In this document: in pieces, positions 51,145 to 61,981 of the stretch
Layout: every line of letters starts with the position of its first letter
How positions within the stretch are numbered: position 1 is the first letter of the stretch
Assembly (NCBI GenBank): GCA_977016875.1
Contig: CDRNST010000104.1
Span: 3,286,001-3,350,000, forward strand
Direction: 5' to 3'
DNA length: 64,000 bases
DNA from: Pavona decussata
Taxonomy: Eukaryota
The notes under the pieces: generated by a model
The model's input: only the letters and a program-made list of their open reading frames with translations
Database searches by the model: none
What the model was told of the DNA's origin: nothing
Position numbers and translations under genes: made by a program

Positions 51145-54100
51145 GATTTAGACAAATAAGACTTAAGATTACTTAAATGGCTAATTTGTGAGGACAATAA
51201 AAATCACTCCGCTGAAAAGAAGTTTTCTTGATGTGTTAACTTTTTACTCCGTAGGAATCGACAAAAACTTAACTTTAAAAATTCATCTCCGCACAAATAG
51301 CATAAAAATGACACTTTCTTTGGAAAATTGAAACTTTGGAAAAACTGAAAATAGTTTGGAAAGCGTTCCCAGAGACAGGAGCAGATCAACTGAAGTAAAC
51401 TAGTGCAAAAGGAACATCGCCGGTCACAAGTCTTCCTTGTCAATAGCCGATGTAGAAACCGAAATTGAACTTATTCTGACAAGAATGTGTATCTCCTTCA
51501 CCACGAATGTTTATCTCCTTCACTTTTCGGAATTGACGATTTGTCTTCGACACCGTTTGTCTCTGGGCATTGGCTGGCGTCGAGGTCAGTTCAAATAAGT
51601 GTCAAATTTCTCCGCCGGTATCGAGCCATGACAGCCAGGCGCAAAAAGTTGCAAAACTAGAACGAGGACTTGGAAAAAATTCGTGGCATTTGCTATGGAA
51701 GAAACTAGGACTATTTATTCCAGTTTGTTCAGGTATGCATTTACATCATTTCCATTATCTTTTATGTATAGTAAACTGAAAAAACATTCGGTCTTTTCCA
51801 GCACAAAATATTAGTATTCAGATGTATTTTCAGTTCATCAGATGCGGAGAAAGCCGTTAATTAGATTACACGTGAAGTTTTCAGTGCTATTTATTTATTA
51901 TTTTTATTTTTCTGTGCTTGGAACCCTAGTTCTAGTGCTACTGACTGTGGTGGACAACTTTTTGTTCACTACCTCGTAAAAAGGTCCTTTTCTTGAGCAA
52001 AGTAAGACATCATAGTTAGAGCTTTTCAAGCTTGTGTAACGTCCACGCTAAAGACTTATTTTCCTTATTAAAGGAAAGTATTGAAAACTTTTCAATTGAC
52101 GGAAAAGAAGCCTGATCCCAGCTCTAAAAACTGAGTGTGAGGTTTGTGTCTTCGCCACGCCCTAAAGAGGCCTAATGCTAGGAGTTTTAGGTCTGCATGC
52201 ACCGTCCTTTAATCTTTAGAACAAGGGAAGCAGCTTAGGATGGTCTAAGTGAAATGAAGAGGCTGAAATTAAAAAGAAATAAGGTTATGTATCTAATTAA
52301 GCCACCCCACCCCCCTTCCCCCTCTATCTTAGGAAGAAGTAAATTTTCGCTCTACACTTCAATCAGTGAGTGTAGGTTTTTAAGTCTGTTCCTCCGGTGT
52401 ATCTTTCGCATTGACGGTTTTTGTTGCTGGTCGCTACGAAAAAGAAACGTCAAAAAAAGAACTACGGGTATTAGTCATTTGCGCAAAAGTTGTCACAAAG
52501 AGTTCGTTATTCTAGATAAGCAGCTGGTAAACGCTTCCGTAACAAGGGGAGGGGCAGGGGGGCTCGAGCCCTGACCCCCCCCCCCCCCGAATTTTAAGAA
52601 GTATAAAAAAAAAACCAATGTGTCAAAAAATAAATAATTAAAAAACAGTAATAATGTACAACAATCAATCTTAAATTCTGACGCTGCAAGTGCCTTCTCA
52701 CAACCTTTAATAAATTGTTTATTACCTGACAGTTTCCTCCGCTAACATTTGGCTTTTATACAACAGCAGCAAAGGCAGTCCTTCCTTATGAATCGGAAAT
52801 AAGAACCAAAATCCTCATGACCGATTTGTGTTAGTTAGTAGGGAGTTAAAGATAAGATGACGGTGATGGTAGCGAATTCGAAAACATCATAAAGAGAATT
52901 CGCGTTCTTTTAAACTTCATCGCGATAATTCCAGCTCCCACCTTTTTTTTTTTTTTTTTTTAATTTTGGGCGAATCTTCCTGCGGACGGATTCTTACTGC
53001 CTGATTCCAAGTTCACTGGAAAAATAGAAAGGGAAAGTTGTCGTCGTCTTTTTACGTCCTCCTTCAAACGTGAACAAGTTAGGCAATTTTACGTAGTAGT
53101 CCGTACAGTGTGGAGGGGGACAGGGGGGCGGGAGCCCGGGAGAATAGGGGGCGGGAGGGGTACGGGAGACGGGAGAGGAAAGGGCGGGAGGCGGGAGTTC
53201 TAAGAGGACAGGAAGCGGGAGAGCAATACAAAACGGTGAATTTCTTTACTTATTAGTGCGTTAGAATACTATCAAAAAAAGAACTCAACAATGTTGTACA
53301 ATGTTATTTGTCTTCCATATAGCGTCCTCCAAGGCTTTACACAATATTTTATATCCGAGGGCACACGAAAATTCGTGCTCAGGCGATAAACAGGGTTACT
53401 TCCGGTGAAATTGTAAACCCTTCCGTGGTGTTACGCCATAGCTCATGAAATGTCAAGCGTGGCATGCGTACACGTGTGAGTGCCGCGCAAGTTTTTAGAA
53501 GTCTCAAAAGAGGTGAGCAAGGCGAGCAAGTACGCGTCTTGTAAATTTAGTATCAGAGATATAAAAAAATTAAATGTCGTCAAAGACCATTTTAGTAGTT
53601 CTTAGTATTTCACAGTGCGGTAGTAAGAAATCTGGGGCATGGACGACCTTCTTGGGAGTTAGCTCCCAATGACCGTCAATCAGACTGTACAAAAGATTTT
53701 GATGCATGGTGTATGGGAATTTGCGAACGGAATGCTGTTTCAGTGAGCACGTGGAGAGTGCGGAGTGGTTCGTTTAACGACACCGTTTTTCGTTTTGGAC
53801 AAGGCAAAATCGATTCCTATTACAATAGGCAGCCAAATAGCATGGGAAGCAGTCAGGAGCGACTCTATAGAAAAGAGGAGTAGGATTAGGAGTAAAAGGA
53901 GATCAGTGCAGCCTCCTCTGCACATTGATGAAGACTTCTTTTTGATGAACAGTTTGTCCGGCCTAATTTCGGATGCTTTTTGCATTTCATGCAGTAATTC
54001 TTTCCTTAGAGCAGTAACCCAGAGATTTAAACCTTGGATTGAAAGTAGGTCCTAAAGTTTCATTTTACCATTTCCCGAACTAAAAGCAATTTTTTCACGC

Positions 54101-54626
54101 CGTTTTAGGGAGTAAGGATATTGAGAAAGATATCAAGATTATAATTAGTGTATCAAGTAAACGCGATGGATCCGCAATAAGGCGCCGAGAATTAGGCAGA
54201 CATACCGAACTCTAACTGGGGCGTTTGGCTGCCAGCTCGCCATGTCTTACTTCCCCATTTGAATTACATGATCCCAACAAATGAATAATTAAGAAAGGCA
54301 ACAACTATTACACTGCACGAAAAGAATGGTTAAACCGTCAAACAAGAAGAACATGTTAGTCAAAAATTAAATACAAACAGCGGTGATAAAAATAATAAAC
54401 TTGTCCATTTTAGCTTGACGTAGCATATGAAACGTCAGGTTACATAAAATGCGCAAGTTTATTATGTTTATCACCGCTGCTTGTATTTTATTTCTGATTA
54501 AGCTACGATGGCTCAAGAACAAAAGTCTCTATGTTGGTCAAAACTTCATTAACTCAGAGTACAAAACCTATCAATAATGTTAACGCTAATCAAAATATAT
54601 ATTGTAAAAAAATGAATAATGAAAGG

Positions 54627-54911
54627 TGTTACTACAGCGGTACTGCAGTAATAGTTTTGTAAGGTCAGCGGATGCATGTCACCAATTTGCTTGGTGACCG
54701 CTCATCCTGGCTCGTAGCCGCCATGTTTTCGTTCTCATCACGAGTGTGATTTTGTTTGGTCTTTATCCGTGTAATCCTTCATCATCCACGTGTGTGGAAG
54801 GCCGTCTGAGTTGTTATCTTAAGTAAAAAGTTTTATCTTACGAATAACAATCAGTCTGTCTTGTCGAAACTCCTTTGGATGTTATAAGTTTGATGTGCGA
54901 AGGCAGCCACA
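54627..54911 (+). repeat. 5' LTR
   Basis: TGTTACTACAGC...GCAGCCACA. AGTAAA poly(A)-signal variant near 54822. Confidence 0.96.
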
Positions 54912-55017
54912 ATAACAACTCACGGAGGATGCGGTTGAAATAACAAGTCAAGTTGTGGTTCTGAGTGAAGTTTAATTCTACCGTAATGACTTTGTTGCTG
55001 GCAGCGACAACTTTGTA

Positions 55018-58000
55018 ATGGATGCTAAAGAAGACGTTTGCGAGAATTCATCGCGTTTAATTGTTGAACTTACGGAGTTAACGAGGGCTGCCGAAGTGGG
55101 GGCATTAAGTGAACAGGAAAATGGTGAGCAAATGGTTGAAGTTCGTAGCAGGAAGCTAACTGAAAAGGGTCGGTACTATCAAACCGAAATCAAAGTTAAA
55201 TCGTTCAAGTCTAAAAGGTCTACGTTTACAGGAACACTAAGGAATACATTGTTGCTTCGAGGACAGTGTAATGAATTATCAACTTGGAAGCAGGAATTTA
55301 GTAGAGCTCAAGTTCTGTGGAGTGAATTCACGGATGCGTATAACGAAATCAGAGAAATTGTTCAAGACGAGGAGTTAGCGAATGTCAGGGACATCTGGGA
55401 GCAAGTCTGTGGTGAGTGGTCTAGTTTTGAAAGGGATGTGAGGGATGAAATTAGATACTTGGAACAAACAGTTCTGGAGTCTGGTTCTGTCAGTTCTAAG
55501 GGTTCCAAGAAGAGTAAATTGACCAAAACCAATAAATCAAATGTGGATACTGTACTTTCAACCAAGGTAGATAAGTACAAGATACAACAGGAAGAAGCGG
55601 CCTTGAAGGTTAAGTTAGCCTTTGTGGAGCAAGAAAAAGCTCTAAAACTAGAGAAGTTAATGCAGGAACAAAAACTAGAAGAGCTCAGACTGAAGATGGA
55701 GCTTGAACTAAGCAGAGCCAAGTTAAGTGTATTCGAAGAGATTGAAAAGGAGCAAACACCCTCGCTTCAGGATGAAGACTTAGCTACTCTTCCTTCTGAT
55801 AGTAAGGGCGAAGGAGTTAAAAGGTTCTTACAATCTCTTCCAGTACCTACCAGTGCTAATGTGGTCTCCACGTCAGTTCAGTCCTATGCCCAAGTTTCTC
55901 TAGCGCCAGTTTTAACAACTACATCCACACCTAAGTCAACCACATGTAATTTGCGGGCATCAGCTCCATCGTTCTCTCCAGCAGCTGTGACAAACTCAGT
56001 ATTTACTGTTCGTCATTTTGAACATAGACATAGCCTTCCCACTCAAGGAGAAGTGCCTAGTTCTCAAACTGTCACACCAACAAGAGGTGATCCTCCTGTA
56101 ACTATCCCTTTTAGTGGTCCATCACCAATTATGTCAGCAGTTGTTGCATCGCCTTCAAGCTACCAGTCTGTTCATCCCCAAGGTCAAGCAAACTCCTTCA
56201 GTGAAGGGTGGGAAAAGGTAGCATCATCACTGGAAAAATGTATGGACAAGTTAACTGAAGCTAACTTAGAACAAAGTACTGTGAGCAAACAATTGTTTGT
56301 CTCTGGACAGCTTCCAAAGATTACCATTCCAATTTTTAGTGGTGACCCCCTGCAATACCCAGTTTGGAAAAGTGCTTTCAATGCTCTAATTGACTCGAGA
56401 CCATTAGAGGCAGACATCAAGTTGAATATGTTGAATCAGTATGTATCAGGAAAGCCAAAACAAGTTGTGGAACACTATCTTCTGATCGGAACAGAAGATG
56501 CTTACCAGAAAGCCAAGTCCGTACTGCAGGAAAGATATGGAAATTGCAATGTTGTTAGCTCAGCCTTCATCAACAAGTTAGATAAATGGCCCAAGATAGG
56601 TCCTAAGGACGCTGTTGCTCTGAGAGAATATTCTGACCTTCTTGATAAAGTCTTAGCTGCCAAGGAAAACATTCCAGCACTTTCTGTACTGGATTATGCG
56701 AAAGAAAATGTGAAGCTATGTGCTAAACTTCCCTACTACTTAGAGACTAAGTGGAGGGATGCAGTTAATCATTGGAGACACACCCATGGAGAAGCTAGTT
56801 ACCCTACCTTTCTCAAGTTTGCGGGTTTCATCAGAGATGCAGCAGATAAGGCGAACATTCCAGAGTTGGAAAGCCTGTCTACATCTAGCAGTCCAAGTTT
56901 TAACAGCAGACAGAAGCCAGATAGGAACAGGGGTAGTTCCCTTGCCACATCAGTCTCGGGCCATAGCAACCGTGAAGCAGATTCTAGTAGTTCTAGTAAA
57001 TCAAGTCGCCCAGGTCCAGCCGATGTGAATAAGTGTCTCTTCTGTGGTGCAGTGCACAAGTTAGATGACTGCAGTGATTTTTGCAGAAGACCTTTCAGTG
57101 AAAGGAGAGATTTCTTCTTCCGTGAACGTTTATGTATGGGCTGTGCAGCCAGTAACAGTCATCAGGTAGCGAACTGCCGAAAGAGATTGAAATGCAGAAC
57201 ATGCTCAGGAATGCATCCCACATGCCTTCACAAGGAACAAACACAAGACAGTGTTGCCGTCTCTAATTGTATGAGTGTATGTTTACTTCCTGATCAAAGC
57301 AGTGGATTTGATCACACCATGATTGTACCAGTGTGGGTCAGGCCAGTGGGAGAGCCAGACAAGGAAGTGTTGCAGTATGCAGTTCTCGATGACCATTCAA
57401 ATGTCAGTTTTGTGTCTCAAACTCTTTGTGAACGGTTAAATCTACAAGGCCCGTCAACTGAACTTCTGTTGACAACAATGCAAGAGCAGAATGCACACGT
57501 TCAAACCAGCAAGATCACTGGGCTAGAAGTTTTGGATTATCACAGGGAGTGTGTTGTAAAAATGCCAGTGGCCTTCACCCGAGAACTTGTTTCAGCCAAT
57601 CGATCGCAGATTCCCAAACCTGAAGTGGCCAGAGAATGGCAACATTTGAAGCCCATTGCCGATAAGTTGACACCGTACCATCCAGACGCAGAGATTTCTA
57701 TCCTGATTGGAAACAACTGTCCGAGAGCTATCCGACCAAGAGAAATAGTTGCCGGTGAAGATGATGAGCCGTATGCCCAAAGAACCGTACTTGGCTGGGG
57801 AGTGATCGGAAGAGTCTGCAAGTCACGTGATGAGGAAGACAGGGACAGGGGTGTGTGCAATAGAATTACAGCTTCAGAAGTCCATAGCCGCTTTGCGTTC
57901 ACTACGAAGGCCAAAGAGATTGTTGACCCGGAGAAGGTTCTACATGTGCTAGAAACTGACTTTGTTGAGACAAGTACTAAGAACAAACCTTATTCCATAG

Positions 58001-61000
58001 AAGATGAGAGATTCCTAAGGATTCTAGAGAACGGAGTGAAGAAACGACCAGATGGACATTATGAAATGCCCCTTCCATTGAAGTCAAACAATGTGTGTCT
58101 ACCCAACAATCGCCAGCTTGCTGTAAAGAGGTGGAACCAGCTGAATGCCAGATTCAAGAAGAATCCGAAGTTCTTTGCAGACTACCAGATCTTTATGAAG
58201 GACTTAATTTCTCAATGTGCAGAAAGAGTTCCTGTAGATCGTCTTGAAGTACAAGATGGTAAAGTCAATTATGTCCCACATACAGGAGTCTACCACCCAA
58301 AGAAACCAGGACAGATCAGAGTGGTGTTTGATTGTTCAGCCCAGTTTAACGGAGTCAGCCTCAACGACAACTTGCTACAAGGCCCTGACTTTATGAACGA
58401 TCTGTTAGGAATCCTGTGTCGTTTCCGCCAGGAAAGCGTTGCATTTATGACGGACATCAAGAGCATGTTCCACCAGTTCGTAGTTGCTGAAGAGCACAGA
58501 GACCTGTTGCGTTTCTTGTGGTGGCGGGATGGGGACCCGTCAAATGAAGTAGTTGAGTACCGTATGAAAGTTCACCTGTTCGGAGCCAGTAGTTCCCCAG
58601 GTTGTGCGAACTTCGGGCTTAGGCGAGCAGCTGACGATGGTGAAGAAGAGTTTGGTGCGGATGCAGCTGCGTTTATACGCAGGGACTTCTACGTAGATGA
58701 TGGGTTGAAGTCCGTTTCAACAGTTCCTGAAGCCATCCAATTGATCAAAGCCAGCCAAGCCATCTGTGACAAAGCAGGGCTCAGATTACACAAGATAGTG
58801 TCAAACAAGAAAGAAGTTCTTGAGGCTATTCCGGTTGATGACCATGCAAAGGGAATCAAGGAACTGAACTTAGCCGTAGATCCTTTGCCTATTGAGAGAG
58901 CCCTGGGTGTGACGTGGTGTGTTGAGAACGATAGTTTTCGGTTCCGTATTGACTTTCGTGATCGCCCTTTAACTCGGCGAGGTGTCTTGTCGACTATTGG
59001 TTCTATCTATGATCCTAACGGTTACATAGCCCCTGTCACACTCAAAGGAAAGCAGATACTCCAGCAGATGTGCAAAGATAAGTTAGACTGGGATAGCCCT
59101 GTCCCTGAGTATCTACACCCACAGTGGGAAAAGTGGCGACAAGAAGTCGTAGAGTTGGAGAAGCTGGAGATACAGCGATGTTTCAAACCGAATAACTTTG
59201 GCTCCGTGAAAGCTGTGGAGATGCACTACTTTTCAGATGCTTCAATGGAGGGCTACGGTCAGTGCTCTTATCTTAGACTGATTAACGAACATGACCAAGT
59301 TCATTGCTCTTTCGTTGTCGGAAAGGCACGGGTAACGCCTCTAAAGCACAAGACCATCCCAAGGCTGGAGTTAGCAGCTGCTACCACCTCAGCAAGAATA
59401 AGTGAGTTTGTGAGAAGAGAGTTGGAGTACCCAGAGATCAAAGAGTTCTTCTGGACAGACAGCCGAGTAGTTCTCGGATACATTAACAATGAAGCTAAGA
59501 GATTTCACGTTTATGTCGCTAACAGGGTGCAGCAGATCCGTGACCTAACTGATCCTAACTCGTGGTTCTATGTTGACACAAGCAACAACCCAGCAGATTA
59601 CGCGTCACGAGGACTCACAGCAAAGCAGCTGGTAGAAGGTTCGCGTTGGTTAACCGGTCCTGAATTTCTATGGAAGAGCGGACCCTGTAAACCTGAAAAT
59701 GTGGAGGTGTCTCCCCTTCAAGAGTCCGACCCGGAGGTGAAGAAAGTGTCCGTATTGATTACGGAAGTCAAGAGTGTTGTTCCCTTTCCTGATCACTTCG
59801 AGACGAGCAGACTGGATGGTGTATCCAGCTGGTACCAAGCTATGAAGGTCATAGCGCTATGTTTACGACTGAAGTCCAAGTTTCAAAGAAGAGAAGTGAA
59901 GAAGCCCAGGAAACCAGTGACAAGGTCAGGGGCAGATGCTGAGAAATCTGTGCAAAAGGTTGCACTGTCAGAGCTTCAAGGAGCAGAGAAGACCATCATC
60001 CGGTGTTTGCAGTACGAACATTTCTATGAAGAACTTCAAATTCTCTGCAACCTGAATGTGACTGACGGAGAAACAAACAGAAGTCAAGCTAGAAGAAGAA
60101 ATCAAGCATTGCGAAAGTCCAGTTCGCTGTACAAACTGGATCCCTTTGTGGACCAAGATGGTCTGATTCGTGTTGGAGGACGTATCAGAAGAGCAAATTT
60201 ACCAGTTGATATGAAGCATCCAGTCATTATTCCGCGAAAAGGTCATTTGACTGAACTGTTGATTCAACATCACCACTTGAAAGTGAACCACATGGGTCGC
60301 GGGATAACGCATAACGAGCTGCGCCAGAATGGCTATTGGTTGATCAGTGGATCTTCGGGAGTGTCAAGATTCATATCAAGCTGTGTAACGTGTAGACGGC
60401 TACGTAGACCCACAGAGCAGCAGAAGATGGCTTGTCTTCCTGTGGACAGACTCGAACCAGCACCTCCATTTTCCTATTGTGCAGTTGATTTCTTCGGACC
60501 GTTCATTGTCAAAGAAAGAAGGAGTGACGTTAAACGTTATGGAGTATTGTTCACGTGCATGGGGTCAAGAAGTGTTCATCTTGAGACTGCCAATTCACTG
60601 GACAGTTCTTCCTTTATCAATGCGCTGAGTCGTTTCATGAATCGGAGAGGCGCTGTCAGGCAGCTGAGGTCTGACCAAGGGACAAATTTCGTTGGTGCAC
60701 GGAATGAATTGAAGTCAGCTTTATCTGAGATGGACCAAGATCACGTTCAAGAGTATTTGCTAAGGAATGGATGCGAGTGGATCCCATTCAAAATGAACCT
60801 GCCCCACTCTAGCCACATGGGAGGAACCTGGGAAAGGTTGATTCGCAGTGTACGCAATGCATTGGAACCACTGTTGTTGAAGGCTGGGAACCAACTCGAT
60901 GATGAAACTTTGCGCACATTTATGACGGAAGTCGAGTGCATTATCAACTCAAGACCTCTCAGTGTTGACTACCTATGTAATGCAGATGCACCAGAGCCGT

Positions 61001-61494
61001 TAACACCAAACCACCTCCTCACTATGAAGCCAAAACGAGTGCTACCACCACCAGGAGAATTTCAACGAGCGGATGTGTACTGTCGCAGGCGTTGGAGAAG
61101 GGTGCAGTATTTCGCGAACGAATTTTGGCTAAGATGGCGCAAAGAGTATCTTCAATCGTTACAAGTCAGACGGAAGTGGGTTCAGCCAAAGAGAAATCTT
61201 ACTGTTGGTGACGTGGTGATTTCCAAAGAGAATGAGGGAACCCGTAACAAGTGGCCGCTCGGCAGAGTAGTGCAGACTTACCCTAGTGAAGATGGTTTCG
61301 TCAGAAAGGTCAGGTTGCTGATGGCAGACGGAGATTTGGATGATCGTGGCAAACGCCAAAGCCCGCCGTCATATCTAGACAGACCTATACATAAGCTTGT
61401 TCTACTGTTGACGGCAGGTGAAGTGGTCGAGGAGGATGTCCTTCACCGGGAGACCAGGGAAGTCCCCATCGAGGAGCCAACGAAGAACACTTGA
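55018..61494 (+). CDS. BEL/Pao Gag-Pol polyprotein (2158 aa)
   Basis: Gag FSGDPLQYPVWK; three Cys/His knuckles (CLFCGAVHKLDDC, CMGCAASNSHQVANC, CRTCSGMHPTCLH); protease LDDHS; RT FYVDD; RNase H HYFSDAS and TIPRLEL; integrase HH..CVTC, VDFFGP, SDQGTNF, GGTWE; C-terminal WPLGRV. Confidence 0.97.
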   Translation: MDAKEDVCENSSRLIVELTELTRAAEVGALSEQENGEQMVEVRSRKLTEKGRYYQTEIKVKSFKSKRSTFTGTLRNTLLLRGQCNELSTWKQEFSRAQVLWSEFTDAYNEIREIVQDEELANVRDIWEQVCGEWSSFERDVRDEIRYLEQTVLESGSVSSKGSKKSKLTKTNKSNVDTVLSTKVDKYKIQQEEAALKVKLAFVEQEKALKLEKLMQEQKLEELRLKMELELSRAKLSVFEEIEKEQTPSLQDEDLATLPSDSKGEGVKRFLQSLPVPTSANVVSTSVQSYAQVSLAPVLTTTSTPKSTTCNLRASAPSFSPAAVTNSVFTVRHFEHRHSLPTQGEVPSSQTVTPTRGDPPVTIPFSGPSPIMSAVVASPSSYQSVHPQGQANSFSEGWEKVASSLEKCMDKLTEANLEQSTVSKQLFVSGQLPKITIPIFSGDPLQYPVWKSAFNALIDSRPLEADIKLNMLNQYVSGKPKQVVEHYLLIGTEDAYQKAKSVLQERYGNCNVVSSAFINKLDKWPKIGPKDAVALREYSDLLDKVLAAKENIPALSVLDYAKENVKLCAKLPYYLETKWRDAVNHWRHTHGEASYPTFLKFAGFIRDAADKANIPELESLSTSSSPSFNSRQKPDRNRGSSLATSVSGHSNREADSSSSSKSSRPGPADVNKCLFCGAVHKLDDCSDFCRRPFSERRDFFFRERLCMGCAASNSHQVANCRKRLKCRTCSGMHPTCLHKEQTQDSVAVSNCMSVCLLPDQSSGFDHTMIVPVWVRPVGEPDKEVLQYAVLDDHSNVSFVSQTLCERLNLQGPSTELLLTTMQEQNAHVQTSKITGLEVLDYHRECVVKMPVAFTRELVSANRSQIPKPEVAREWQHLKPIADKLTPYHPDAEISILIGNNCPRAIRPREIVAGEDDEPYAQRTVLGWGVIGRVCKSRDEEDRDRGVCNRITASEVHSRFAFTTKAKEIVDPEKVLHVLETDFVETSTKNKPYSIEDERFLRILENGVKKRPDGHYEMPLPLKSNNVCLPNNRQLAVKRWNQLNARFKKNPKFFADYQIFMKDLISQCAERVPVDRLEVQDGKVNYVPHTGVYHPKKPGQIRVVFDCSAQFNGVSLNDNLLQGPDFMNDLLGILCRFRQESVAFMTDIKSMFHQFVVAEEHRDLLRFLWWRDGDPSNEVVEYRMKVHLFGASSSPGCANFGLRRAADDGEEEFGADAAAFIRRDFYVDDGLKSVSTVPEAIQLIKASQAICDKAGLRLHKIVSNKKEVLEAIPVDDHAKGIKELNLAVDPLPIERALGVTWCVENDSFRFRIDFRDRPLTRRGVLSTIGSIYDPNGYIAPVTLKGKQILQQMCKDKLDWDSPVPEYLHPQWEKWRQEVVELEKLEIQRCFKPNNFGSVKAVEMHYFSDASMEGYGQCSYLRLINEHDQVHCSFVVGKARVTPLKHKTIPRLELAAATTSARISEFVRRELEYPEIKEFFWTDSRVVLGYINNEAKRFHVYVANRVQQIRDLTDPNSWFYVDTSNNPADYASRGLTAKQLVEGSRWLTGPEFLWKSGPCKPENVEVSPLQESDPEVKKVSVLITEVKSVVPFPDHFETSRLDGVSSWYQAMKVIALCLRLKSKFQRREVKKPRKPVTRSGADAEKSVQKVALSELQGAEKTIIRCLQYEHFYEELQILCNLNVTDGETNRSQARRRNQALRKSSSLYKLDPFVDQDGLIRVGGRIRRANLPVDMKHPVIIPRKGHLTELLIQHHHLKVNHMGRGITHNELRQNGYWLISGSSGVSRFISSCVTCRRLRRPTEQQKMACLPVDRLEPAPPFSYCAVDFFGPFIVKERRSDVKRYGVLFTCMGSRSVHLETANSLDSSSFINALSRFMNRRGAVRQLRSDQGTNFVGARNELKSALSEMDQDHVQEYLLRNGCEWIPFKMNLPHSSHMGGTWERLIRSVRNALEPLLLKAGNQLDDETLRTFMTEVECIINSRPLSVDYLCNADAPEPLTPNHLLTMKPKRVLPPPGEFQRADVYCRRRWRRVQYFANEFWLRWRKEYLQSLQVRRKWVQPKRNLTVGDVVISKENEGTRNKWPLGRVVQTYPSEDGFVRKVRLLMADGDLDDRGKRQSPPSYLDRPIHKLVLLLTAGEVVEEDVLHRETREVPIEEPTKNT

Positions 61495-61696
61495 AGAGCG
61501 ACATGATTATGACAGTGAACATTGCAGTTGAACGTTAAATTTATTAACTTGTTGATCATTTCAGTAACTGCTGCGGAGCAGTTATGTGAATTTTCGAGAC
61601 ACTACTGTTTGCGGAGCATTTAACTACTAGTTTATTGAAGTTTAAACCTTTAAGTTTATTGTTGTTTGTAACTGCACGGATGCAGTTGAGGAGCCA

Positions 61697-61981
61697 TGTT
61701 ACTACAGCGGTACTGCAGTAATAGTTTTGTAAGGTCAGCGGATGCATGTCACCAATTTGCTTGGTGACCGCTCATCCTGGCTCGTAGCCGCCATGTTTTC
61801 GTTCTCATCACGAGTGTGATTTTGTTTGGTCTTTATCCGTGTAATCCTTCATCATCCACGTGTGTGGAAGGCCGTCTGAGTTGTTATCTTAAGTAAAAAG
61901 TTTTATCTTACGAATAACAATCAGTCTGTCTTGTCGAAACTCCTTCGGATGTTATAAGTTTGATGTGCGAAGGCAGCCACA
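61697..61981 (+). repeat. 3' LTR
   Basis: Matches the 5' LTR except TCCTTCGG vs TCCTTTGG. Confidence 0.96.

Larger units (their letters stand above)
40646..51367. mobile_element. 10,722-bp TIR DNA transposon, copy 2 (tandem, apparently identical)
   Basis: The internal ORFs repeat at offset 10724. Junction ...GGAAAGCGTT-CA-AACGCTTTCC... Confidence 0.9.
29861..51732 (+). pseudogene. Exon 1 of an older transposase gene (Sola3-like by recollection), split by the transposon dimer: 29861-29921 + 51372-51732
   Basis: Removing the insert and one CCCA restores MEAWRCSFSSLVVGPCSYDPRDRSRSTEV. Broken frames follow: ETEIELILTR..LTICLRHRLSLGIGWRRG..ERGLGKNSWHLLWKKLGLFIPVCS G|gtatgc. Confidence 0.6.
54627..61981 (+). 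mobile_element. Full-length BEL/Pao LTR retrotransposon
   Basis: 285-bp TG..CA LTRs with one visible mismatch. 5-bp TSD AAAGG (54622-54626, 61982-61986). PPT-like GAGGAGCCA before the 3' LTR. Single intact ORF. Confidence 0.97.

Noticed and set aside
29918-51371. CACTA/EnSpm-type element with a 2-bp CA TSD
   Set aside because: The right flank begins CC, not CA. The restored host reading frame supports a CCCA duplication.
55362-61359. Antisense and alternate-frame ORFs within Gag-Pol
   Set aside because: Expected shadows of a long coding frame, with no independent signal.
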